Source: Candidatus Campbellbacteria bacterium GW2011_OD1_34_28 (GTDB lineage: Bacteria > Patescibacteriota > Minisyncoccia > Phycocordibacterales > UBA12079). Taken from it: a DNA stretch of 64,000 nt. This document shows, one piece after another, positions 7,947 to 15,868 of the stretch (the stretch's first letter is position 1; each line of letters starts with the position of its first letter). The notes under the pieces were generated by a model that was given only the letters and a program-made list of their open reading frames with translations, had not been told where the DNA came from and made no database searches. Location: positions 618,303 through 682,302 of the forward strand of contig CP011215.1 of the NCBI GenBank assembly GCA_001029775.1, read 5' to 3'. Position numbers and translations under genes: made by a program.

Positions 7947-8058
7947 AATTTCTAGTTTATAGTTTTTAGTCCTTAGTTTTTAGAAACGAAGAAACAAACT
8001 ATTTTATTTAAATTAATTTAATAAGCTTCAACAATAATATCACAAGATGACAAAAATT

Positions 8059-8085
8059 AAAAAAGTCGCCGAAGCGACTTTTGTG
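8059..8085 (-). terminator. Terminator with a cUUCGg tetraloop on the minus strand. Nearly identical to the hairpin at 14307-14334.
   Basis: Minus strand reads GTCGC-TTCG-GCGAC followed by TTTTTT. It lies immediately 3' of ORF 8088-9254 and matches the 14307 copy at 23 of 24 positions. Confidence 0.75.
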
Positions 8086-8087
8086 CA

Positions 8088-9254
8088 TTAATCAGTATTC
8101 CAAACTTTAAAAAATAAATATACCAAAATAAAGATTATCAAAAGAATGACCAACCAAATCCACCAAGGACTGTCTGAAAAGAAACCACCTGCCATAGCAA
8201 CATTTTTTAAATTGTCAGAAGCAGAAAAAGAACTCGTTGAAACGGTAGTGGTAGTACTTGTGACTTGTCCATTATTATCTTTATCATTTAAAATAAGAGT
8301 CCCCCCATCGGTCAATTTCATAACTAAATCCAAATCGTTGTCTGATAAACCTTCGTGAAAACCAGAATATCCTGAAAAATATCTTTCTTCCTCTGCACCC
8401 AATTTTTGATTGATTTCTTCTTCGGTCAACATTTTAAAACTATGTTCTATTCCAACTGTTGCAGGTGAAGCATGAGAAACGGCTCTATAATAATAAGTTT
8501 TTCCAGCCTCCAGATCAGCCAACAAAACCGAGTGATTCAAAACTTTTACCAAATCCTCGCTCGTGCCATAAGGATATCCATAATTAGGAAGTGATAAATC
8601 TAGAGAATAATTTTGTCCCTCCTCTCTGTAAATTACTTGACTCGTAGAGAGATAACTTGTGTTCCATTGAATTACCACGGAATCAAGATTTAACAAAATA
8701 CTTGTTTCATTCTTTATGGTCAAACCGCGTGGTGCACTTCCTCCTCCCCCACCAGCGCCAGAATTTACAAACACTCCTCCCTGAAAACCAATCAATAGAT
8801 CAAAAGTTGAGGAAAGTGATTGATATTCGTTCTCTTTTTCAGGAAGGAATGTAACAATAAAATCGTATTCGGCACTAGATCCATTATTTAAATTACCCAA
8901 ATTAATTTCGTCGCCATTCAAAAAATCCTCCAAAGAACCATTGAACAATTCGTTGTCCTCTCTTTTAATAATTAAATTTATGGCCTCTGACAAACAAGGT
9001 GTTTTATCGCAAGAGTTTGAATTAATTGCGGAAACAACAACAGTTTGAGATTTGCCAAGAGTATTTGTAACTTTTATATATTTTGTAACAGACTCACCTG
9101 GAATAAAATTTATTTCAGAAAAGAGCGGTGTACTTTCAAACTCTACGTCTAAACCATTTTCGGCATAAACAATATTACTAGTACCAAAAAACAAAGCAAT
9201 GAAGAAAATTATTATATTCAATTTTATTTTTAAAACTTTCATATTATTCTTCAT
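8088..9254 (-). CDS. Secreted, C-terminally membrane-anchored protein (388 aa) with a Gly-rich linker. Last gene of the TasA/SipW-like operon.
   Basis: N-terminal signal peptide, a GAGGGGGS linker, a Ser/Thr-rich stalk, and a C-terminal TM helix (WWIWLVILLIIFILVYLFF). Confidence 0.6.
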   Translation of the reverse strand: MKNNMKVLKIKLNIIIFFIALFFGTSNIVYAENGLDVEFESTPLFSEINFIPGESVTKYIKVTNTLGKSQTVVVSAINSNSCDKTPCLSEAINLIIKREDNELFNGSLEDFLNGDEINLGNLNNGSSAEYDFIVTFLPEKENEYQSLSSTFDLLIGFQGGVFVNSGAGGGGGSAPRGLTIKNETSILLNLDSVVIQWNTSYLSTSQVIYREEGQNYSLDLSLPNYGYPYGTSEDLVKVLNHSVLLADLEAGKTYYYRAVSHASPATVGIEHSFKMLTEEEINQKLGAEEERYFSGYSGFHEGLSDNDLDLVMKLTDGGTLILNDKDNNGQVTSTTTTVSTSSFSASDNLKNVAMAGGFFSDSPWWIWLVILLIIFILVYLFFKVWNTD

Positions 9255-10617
9255 TATTATTTAAATCTTCTTCATCTTCAGAATTAACAGGAATAATATC
9301 CTCTTGTTTAATAAGTACAACATCGTCACCCAACAAAAGAACAGGGTCAGTTTCGGTTACTTCCTCTTTCTTTTCATTTATTTCTTTTTGTTTAGACTCA
9401 AGTTCGGGTTCGGGTTCTGGTTCAACCTCTACTACTATAGGTTCTTCAACAAAAACATCTTTCTTATTTTCTTCCGAAACATCTTCTTCAAGATTATTTG
9501 CGACAAATTGAATATTCTCAATGACAACATTGTGTGGATTTGTTCCCGGATTTGGACCAACTGGTGTTGACCCATCATAAGTATCCATCCAATCATCCGC
9601 CGTGTTAGTATCAATTCCTTTTTCTTTTCTTGAAATCGAATGTCCCAAAATCACGGCTGAGACAGACGGATTGAAAGCGGTAATATTGTCACCCCAACTA
9701 ACTGAATCAATCAAATTATTTTCATCATCATAAAGCATAAGGACATCACCATTATCATCCAGACCGTCGTCAAACATTTTTGTTCCACCCAAAGCAATCT
9801 TGAAAGCATTGTCTGGAATATCTGGCCAATATGCCCAAGTAGAAGCATTTGCGGCAATCACAACAAACTGGTGTGATTCTATTATGTAATTTTGATTTAT
9901 TAGTTCACTATTATCTTCATTGTTTAAATACCATTTCTTAATATTAACTTCGTGATCACAAACATTATAAAGCTCTATCCACTCATCGTTTGGATTGTTT
10001 TCAAAACCATTTGCACCTTCTCTAATTCCTGGGTAATAATAAACCTCGTTAATCTTTATACAAGATTCTGGTACAGGTTCAGGAGTTAATTCATCAATAA
10101 ATACCGTATTAGAAACATCTTCTTCATCACTAAAACCTCCCACGCCATACTCGGGAAAATCTTCTTGCCACCCCTGATAGACAAAATTGAAATCGCAATA
10201 ACCATAAGAATTTTCTCTTGCTTCTAATTGAAATTGCCAAATCCCCAAACTAGTTGTTGCATAAGAAAAATCATTTATATAACCATTGTAAACTTGGACA
10301 CCGTTTAAATTAGCCACCAAAATTAAATTTTCACACAGACGATTCCTGTCACCAAATTCTGGTAAAATCTTGTATTTAAAATCTAAACTACCTTCATTTT
10401 TTATTTCTATACTGGTGCTGGCAGAACTTAACATATTAGAGTTTTCAAAACCATTTCCAATTAAAACAAAATCCAGAGATGCGACAGAAAAATTGATTTT
10501 GGAAGACTCTACATCACTGTGATAAGCATAAACTTTAACCGCAACAAAAGAAAAGGAAATCTGAATAATCAAAGACAAAACTGTGTAACTTATTATTTTT
10601 TTAGTTAAAGTTTTCAT
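9244..10617 (-). CDS. Secreted lamin-tail-domain (LTD) protein with an acidic low-complexity C-terminus (457 aa).
   Basis: INEVYYYP...NDEWIELYN...VNIKKWYL matches the LTD signature. Signal peptide present. The C-terminus is EPEPEPE/EEK-rich. Confidence 0.6.
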   Translation of the reverse strand: MKTLTKKIISYTVLSLIIQISFSFVAVKVYAYHSDVESSKINFSVASLDFVLIGNGFENSNMLSSASTSIEIKNEGSLDFKYKILPEFGDRNRLCENLILVANLNGVQVYNGYINDFSYATTSLGIWQFQLEARENSYGYCDFNFVYQGWQEDFPEYGVGGFSDEEDVSNTVFIDELTPEPVPESCIKINEVYYYPGIREGANGFENNPNDEWIELYNVCDHEVNIKKWYLNNEDNSELINQNYIIESHQFVVIAANASTWAYWPDIPDNAFKIALGGTKMFDDGLDDNGDVLMLYDDENNLIDSVSWGDNITAFNPSVSAVILGHSISRKEKGIDTNTADDWMDTYDGSTPVGPNPGTNPHNVVIENIQFVANNLEEDVSEENKKDVFVEEPIVVEVEPEPEPELESKQKEINEKKEEVTETDPVLLLGDDVVLIKQEDIIPVNSEDEEDLNNNEE

Positions 10618-10626
10618 AAATATTTT

Positions 10627-11142
10627 TTATGTATTACTCTTTTTTGTTTTTTTTATCTCTTTCCATATTTTTTTGGATTCATCATAAACAATTATTACGC
10701 CTGGGATTATAATCAAAATTGCGAAACCAAAAGGTTTTCTTGCTTCTTGAACAACATAACCAGCATAAGGTAAACTAAACAAAACTTTTCCAATTACATC
10801 TTCTTTCGGGACATCTTTTGGGTCTTTGTCATCGTTGGCGTCTCCTTTTGTTATGTAATAATAATCCCCTTCTATCACTTTTATATCTACAATCCTGTGG
10901 GTGATAGGGGTCTCACTTTTATAAACATCACCAAAAGTTATAACATCACCTACCTGATAATCATCACTCGGTTTTATTACAGCTACACTTCCCGTCTTTA
11001 TTGCCGGCTCCATTGATCCAGACTGTACAACTCTTAATTCATAGTTACCTGTTATGGGGAAAATTGATGCAATCATGAGAACAGCCATTAAAAATATCGC
11101 GAAGACAACTATGTAATAAATGATTTTAATTAACTTATTCAT
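10627..11142 (-). CDS. sipW: Type I signal peptidase of the SipW/Sec11 (S26B) type (171 aa).
   Basis: N-terminal TM helix, the SGSMEP catalytic Ser motif, and ITHRIV (His). It sits directly downstream of two SipW-cognate-signal proteins. Confidence 0.8.
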   Translation of the reverse strand: MNKLIKIIYYIVVFAIFLMAVLMIASIFPITGNYELRVVQSGSMEPAIKTGSVAVIKPSDDYQVGDVITFGDVYKSETPITHRIVDIKVIEGDYYYITKGDANDDKDPKDVPKEDVIGKVLFSLPYAGYVVQEARKPFGFAILIIIPGVIIVYDESKKIWKEIKKTKKSNT

Positions 11143-11266
11143 ATCTTTGTAACGGACTTTGTTAAAGCCTTTATTGACCGCCCGAACTTACCTCACAGTT
11201 CAAGCGGTCTAAAAAGTTTCAAACTTTTTAAAAGAGAATCGAAATTAGAAATTAGTGTTTCTAGTA

Positions 11267-12568
11267 CTAATCTAGTTCCTCTTCGTCTAGGTTGATATTT
11301 TCACAAGAGAAGTTCTCATTGTTTCTTACTTGTTCCGCGTAAGCAGTCAGACTTGCTTCAAGCGAATCTGATTGCGCGTCATCAAGCATTCCACTTCCAT
11401 CACAATTAATTTCTCCTGTTGTGTGATTTACTTGGATATCTCCGGCACACCAAGCAAAGCCTACATATCCTGTTGGGCCACCTCCCGCAAGTGACATCTG
11501 AATAACTTCTGTTTGGATATTTCCCTCATACAGACTATCCTCTGTATTAGGTTCATAAACGCCATCGCCGTCATCTTCCCAAGCAAAAATATTGATGTAA
11601 TCGGAAAGCTCCCCTAAACCTGCAGGATTTCCGCTGGTAAGGGTATCTCCTACACTTTCTTCTGTTTCAAGAAGCTCATTTTCTTCATCATTCATGTCAT
11701 GTATTATCAAACATGCGTAAGCATCATTTGAATTGACATGTAAAGAAATTAGGTTTGTTCCCCAATCAGATGGTTTTACATCCCCAAAATTGAAGAATTT
11801 TTGTGATCCGTCAAGATCAGTTTCTCTCCAAAGTTGACAAGCTTTTTTGAATTCACTATTTGCGTCACAGTCTTCTGCATCGCGAGTAACAGTGAGGTAG
11901 TAAAGCAAGCCTCCTGGATTATTAAGTGGGGTGTTGTATGCAGGATTAGTTTGGGTTAAATTAGTTACAACAAATGTAAGTGTGTTTTCACCCGGTACAA
12001 CCTGCGCCAAGAATGACGCTTCTGATACAGGGTCAAGTGTTGTATATTGAGCACTTCCCGAACCAGCTGAAATGGATACTCCGTTTAGGAATAATTCATA
12101 TTGGTTATCAGCTGCAACATCCATCACTAAATCAACACTAACAGCATCACCCCACCAATCGAATTCATGTTCAAAGGTGTAAGTAACATTGCCATCTGTA
12201 CCATCATCACCAACTAAAGTAGCTGGAGAAGCCCAAATCCATTGTGCTGTTGGATGGGTTGTCCAATACTGGAGAGTAATGGGTGTATCAATTACGATAG
12301 GAGCTTGAAATGGAAATACTGTAATTTCTGTATTAACACCAGAAACAACATCTGCTCCACCATCGCCACTGAAAAGTACCAGTGAGCATGATTCACAGTC
12401 ATCGCCATTATAAGTTTGTGCCAAATGATCTACTTTGAGGTCAATAGATCCGGCAGTGAATATGTTTCCTGCCGAGGTTTCTGTGTCATTGAAGAAAGCA
12501 TAAGTTCCTCCAATAATCACCGCCCCGGCCAAAACAATCGTGCCTAGGCTAAAAATTATTTTTTTCAT
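11267..12568 (-). CDS. TasA/camelysin-like secreted protein with a SipW-cognate class signal peptide, paralog 2 (433 aa).
   Basis: N-terminal ...GGTYAFFNDTETSAGNIFTAGSIDL is the classic SipW-cognate motif (AFFxDTETS..N.FtaG.lDL). Shares the KFFNFxDxKPxDxGxNxISLHV and C-terminal Y.EQ.RNN.F.C blocks with ORF 12596-13753. Confidence 0.75.
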   Translation of the reverse strand: MKKIIFSLGTIVLAGAVIIGGTYAFFNDTETSAGNIFTAGSIDLKVDHLAQTYNGDDCESCSLVLFSGDGGADVVSGVNTEITVFPFQAPIVIDTPITLQYWTTHPTAQWIWASPATLVGDDGTDGNVTYTFEHEFDWWGDAVSVDLVMDVAADNQYELFLNGVSISAGSGSAQYTTLDPVSEASFLAQVVPGENTLTFVVTNLTQTNPAYNTPLNNPGGLLYYLTVTRDAEDCDANSEFKKACQLWRETDLDGSQKFFNFGDVKPSDWGTNLISLHVNSNDAYACLIIHDMNDEENELLETEESVGDTLTSGNPAGLGELSDYINIFAWEDDGDGVYEPNTEDSLYEGNIQTEVIQMSLAGGGPTGYVGFAWCAGDIQVNHTTGEINCDGSGMLDDAQSDSLEASLTAYAEQVRNNENFSCENINLDEEELD

Positions 12569-12595
12569 GTTTTTAAGTTAGCTTTAGTCTGATAA

Positions 12596-13753
12596 TTACA
12601 GATCTGAATCTGTGTATGTTATGAGATTTAACTCAAACAAAGATTCTATTCCCACTGGCCATGTGGTTACGCTATTAGTTCCTGAGTTATATTCTGATGA
12701 TTTTATTACCCAGATTTTTGCACCTCCTGGATAATTAGCATCGGCTGAATCAGGAAGATTCATTCCCAAATTTACATCTCCTGAAACACTGGCATCACCA
12801 CTGCCGTCAGTTGTCAGTGTTCCGATTAATGCGCCTGGATTATTTCCTGGCCATCCATCAGCATAATAGATGATACTGTATTGAGTTGAAGCAACTAAAC
12901 CAGATACATCTAATGTGTAGTTAAATGTTGGGTGAGACGAAATGAAAGTTAATTCTCCTTCAACCCCATCATCTAGATAAGGATCCCATGTACCATCAAT
13001 ATCTTTGTTTTCTAATTTAAGAACAGTTCTCACTGGTTCTTGATTGTTTATACTTCCACAGACAAATTCATCATTGTTTCTTGCTTGTTCAACATAGAAA
13101 CTAATGTCACCTGTCATACTATCTGTTTGGATTTCGTTTCCAACTGATGCTGGAACACTCCATGAAACACCAATGTATGTAGTAGATGCTCCTGTCAATG
13201 GACCTGTTGCTGTTGTTGAGTCATAGATAGACAAAACACCATTGGCAGGATTACCTGATGTCAATGTTTGTTCACTTCCGTTTTGAATATTGTCGCCTGC
13301 AACCCCACCGCCTGCGCCATTATCTCTCCAGACGTTCCAAACCATAACACTTGATAGTTCACCATCGTTTACGCCAGTAGTTAAATCTACTGAAGCTTCT
13401 GGTTCTGTTTGACCGTTTTCAAGATCAGTCAAATTGGAAACTTCTGCACAAACCCAAGCGTCATTATTGATAACATGCAAACTGATGGTATTCTCTCCAG
13501 AATCCCCTGGTTTTATGTCATCAAAATTAAAGAACTTATCCGATGTTGGGATTAGATCTTTTTCTGCCCAAGTTGCGGCTTCAACATCCTCTCCATTATA
13601 GGTAGCAGTGCTATCTATTCTTAGATCGATTGCCCCAGCCGTAAAGGTGTTTCCTGTAGACGTTTCAGTGTCACTAAAGAAAGCGCCTGTAGCTCCAATA
13701 ATTATCGCTGCTGCTGCGACAATTGTCGAAGCACTAATGATTATTTTTTTCAT
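12596..13753 (-). CDS. TasA/camelysin-like secreted protein with a SipW-cognate class signal peptide, paralog 1 (385 aa).
   Basis: N-terminal ...GATGAFFSDTETSTGNTFTAGAIDL. Paralog of ORF 11267-12568. Confidence 0.75.
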   Translation of the reverse strand: MKKIIISASTIVAAAAIIIGATGAFFSDTETSTGNTFTAGAIDLRIDSTATYNGEDVEAATWAEKDLIPTSDKFFNFDDIKPGDSGENTISLHVINNDAWVCAEVSNLTDLENGQTEPEASVDLTTGVNDGELSSVMVWNVWRDNGAGGGVAGDNIQNGSEQTLTSGNPANGVLSIYDSTTATGPLTGASTTYIGVSWSVPASVGNEIQTDSMTGDISFYVEQARNNDEFVCGSINNQEPVRTVLKLENKDIDGTWDPYLDDGVEGELTFISSHPTFNYTLDVSGLVASTQYSIIYYADGWPGNNPGALIGTLTTDGSGDASVSGDVNLGMNLPDSADANYPGGAKIWVIKSSEYNSGTNSVTTWPVGIESLFELNLITYTDSDL

Positions 13754-13989
13754 AATTTTAATAAATTAAATTAGTTTATAAGTTTATATTTATTTGCCAT
13801 TTATATTAAATATAAAAAATGTCTTATTTTACTTTTTGTCTTTAGTTGTTTTTTATTTATTTTTTTATTTACATAGTTTTTTAAAAAAAATTAAGATTGA
13901 TAATTCTCGACCTTTCTTATTACAGACAATAAATATGTAAGTTTTTATTGAATGCAAAAAAGACTCTTTTAAAGAGCTTCTAGAATTAC

Positions 13990-14085
13990 TGAGGTAGATT
14001 GCCGAGGTAGAATTACCAAAAGCGTGCCAGCGTGGAATGAGGTAGAGAGTGAGAGGTAGAGTGCTTGAGGTAGAGTGACTGAGTA
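13990..14085. repeat. Five direct copies of GAGGTAGA (iteron-like) within about 90 bp.
   Basis: ctGAGGTAGAttgccGAGGTAGAatt...atGAGGTAGAgagtgaGAGGTAGAgtgcttGAGGTAGAgtgactGAGTAGAta. Confidence 0.8.
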
Positions 14086-14212
14086 GATATTTTTTTAATT
14101 AACCTAATATCAATTATATAGATATATACCTGTATATGTCAACTTTAAAAATGTATATTTTTTGTAATCAAAAAAACCTTATTTAAAAGCTTTTTTAGGC
14201 TTATACAAAAAG

Positions 14213-14524
14213 TTATCCACAGTTTTTAAACTTGAGTTATCCACAGTTTAAAAACTGTGGATAACTTAAAAAACGTCGTTGAATTTAAATTATTTTTAGA
14301 AAAATGAAAAAAGCCGCCGAAGCGACTTTTTTCAATGTAGATATTAATCCGAAAATTAATATCTACATTGTATCCACAGATCCGAAAATCTACGGATACA
14401 ATGTAGATATAAAACCGAAATTTTATATCTACAGCGTACTTACTAGTCCGAAGATTAGTAAGTACATTTCTATCTTAACCAATTGAGATAATTTGTCAAT
14501 ACTTTTTCGATTAACTGTGGATAA
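14213..14524. promoter_or_regulatory. Cluster of DnaA boxes (TTATCCACA). Perfect 9-mers at 14213-14221 (+), 14237-14245 (+), 14256-14264 (-) and 14516-14524 (-). One 8/9 box (gTATCCACA) at 14370-14378.
   Basis: Boxes 2 and 3 form a perfect palindrome AGTTATCCACAGTTTaaAAACTGTGGATAACT. Four perfect copies of a single 9-mer within 312 bp is far above chance in 64 kb. Confidence 0.7.
14307..14466. repeat. Array of five tandem hairpins with a conserved CCGAA(A/G) loop (UUCG-type loop on the minus strand) and variable stems.
   Basis: H0 GCCGC-cgaa-GCGAC; H1 ATGTAGATATTAAT-ccgaaa-ATTAATATCTACAT; H2 TATCCACAGAT-ccgaaa-ATCTACGGATA; H3 TGTAGATATAAAA-ccgaaa-TTTTATATCTACA; H4 TACTTACTAG-tccgaag-ATTAGTAAGTA. 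Confidence 0.8.
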
Positions 14525-14556
14525 CTTGGAAACAATTAATTTAAAAGGTTGGCTTA

Positions 14557-14910
14557 TTATTCTTCCTCTTTAAGTTTAGCTGCAGCTTCTGGCGTTGATA
14601 CCGTTTTACTGATCAGAAATAAACGGACAATTGCATAAGCGATTATCCAATACACCAGCATTGCCAAAAGAGTTGTCCACTCAAAGACGCTACCCTCTAG
14701 AGTTGTCTGTGGGAATACTGCAAGAAAAGGAGCAGTAAATGGCCGTGTAATACCGTAGATAAAACTTGTGAATCCAGCTACAGGATTTGCCCCCATAAAT
14801 TTGAGTGCAAAACGGAACGCAAGCAATATTTCAAGAAGAGAAAGAACATACCACACAATTTGTGTGCCTTTAAATAAAGGTTTCGTAGTGGGAGAATTAT
14901 ATGAGTCCAT
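14557..14910 (-). CDS. Small integral membrane protein, possibly YggT/Ycf19 family (117 aa).
   Basis: Three or four predicted TM segments. Weak similarity to YggT. Low confidence on family. Confidence 0.4.
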   Translation of the reverse strand: MDSYNSPTTKPLFKGTQIVWYVLSLLEILLAFRFALKFMGANPVAGFTSFIYGITRPFTAPFLAVFPQTTLEGSVFEWTTLLAMLVYWIIAYAIVRLFLISKTVSTPEAAAKLKEEE

Positions 14911-15194
14911 AATTTTGAATGTTAAATGTTAATAAAATATATTTTTAATTAAATTATTAATTATTGTTAGTCTTCAAATATCGACCTTTTTAAAAATTGA
15001 TAGTTAAAAAATTTTTTCCCAAAATTAAGTGCTGTTCGAGCCGATATTCTTATCCGTTTCTTTGGTGTTTTTTAATTTAAGGATTTTAGTTTTAAATTTT
15101 TGACAAATTTCTTGTTATCGAAAATGGAGAGGTGTATTAGAGCTACTTTAAGAATACCACCGCAAAATCTAAAAGTCACGGAGTTTAAAAACTG

Positions 15195-15610
15195 AGAGAG
15201 GAATCGGTCACGAGTCACTAAATATATTTAGTGCTCGCGATATTGTTCTGTGGATTATAAGAGAGGAATCGTCCCGCGGTTACTAAGTAAATTTTTCGCA
15301 AGCTCAAATTTACTAAGTACCGCTGGACGCGACTCAAAATTATGCTCCCAGCATAATTTTTCCGTCGTTCGATTCCTCTTTGGTCCTACAAAATCAAAAG
15401 CCCCGATGTTTTCACATCGGGACTTAAGATTTTGTGGAGAGGAATCGGCTCCCAGTTCTAAACAAAAATATGGACCAGAGAGGAATCGGTCACGAGTCAC
15501 TAAGTCTTTTGTTCATTCTTCGCTTCGCTACGAACTCCAAAAGCCTAAGTGCTCGCGACCCCGGCTCGTCTGTTTTGCTTCGCAAAACATGACTCCGCCT
15601 TTCGATTCCT
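15195..15610. repeat. Multiple partial copies of the tRNA-Ala 3' end (T-arm plus acceptor, core GAGAGGAATCG), in both orientations.
   Basis: Copies at about 15195, 15259, 15436 and 15471 share up to 19 nt with the tRNA 3' end. Inverted copies (TTCGATTCCTC) lie at about 15368 and 15597. Associated motifs GTCACGAGTCAC and TAGTGCTCGCGA each occur twice. Confidence 0.8.
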
Positions 15611-15654
15611 CACGAAAGCAAAGCAGTTTGCTTTCTTCTGGCACAGCAACACAA

Positions 15655-15688
15655 AATAAAACACCATCTAAAAAAGATGGTGTTTTAT
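15655..15688 (-). terminator. Terminator immediately 3' of tRNA-Ala.
   Basis: AAAACACCATC taaaaaa GATGGTGTTTT. Confidence 0.7.
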
Positions 15689-15698
15689 TTTGGTTGTG

Positions 15699-15772
15699 TG
15701 GACCAGAGAGGAATCGAACCCCCGGCCTCCTCAGTGCAAGTGAGGCGCTCTAGCCAACTGAGCTACTGGCCC
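15699..15772 (-). tRNA. tRNA-Ala (anticodon UGC), 74 nt, CCA not encoded.
   Basis: Cloverleaf deduced manually. Acceptor GGGCCAG/CUGGUCC with the G3:U70 Ala identity pair. D-arm GCTC-AGTTGGCTA-GAGC. Anticodon arm CCTCA-CTTGCAC-TGAGG. T-arm GGGGG-TTCGATT-CCTCT. Confidence 0.85.
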
Positions 15773-15868
15773 ATACTATTTAAGAATTTTCTTCATTGAA
15801 TAAACTCAATACACAGTATTTTATAACAAAGATGTCTATAAATCAATATCAAATTTATTTATAATTTT

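Noticed and set aside
8061-8084. The near-identical hairpins at 8061-8084 and 14309-14332 considered as att-type direct repeats delimiting a mobile island.
   Set aside because: Not adopted as the primary call. Both are also perfectly good minus-strand UUCG-loop terminators, one for the operon and one for yggT. No integrase or recombinase is present. They are kept as a noted possibility inside the island finding.
13990-14085. TGAGGTAG motif identical to the let-7 microRNA seed.
   Set aside because: Coincidental 8-mer in a bacterial intergenic repeat. It has no biological relevance.
14335-14466. Tandem hairpin array considered as a CRISPR array or integron attC array.
   Set aside because: The units have different stems and only the loops are conserved. 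There are no constant direct repeats with variable spacers. No cas or intI genes are nearby.
14304-14486. ORF 14304-14486 (+), 60 aa, with a repetitive peptide (DINPKINIYIVS / DIKPKFYIYSV).
   Set aside because: The peptide periodicity simply mirrors the tandem hairpins. The region is better explained as structured non-coding DNA or RNA.
15250-15753. ORFs 15250-15753 (+) and 15255-15500 (-) from the track.
   Set aside because: They overlap the tRNA-Ala gene and its fragment repeats. Their translations are low-complexity with no start-site signals. They are artefacts of a gene-free repeat region.
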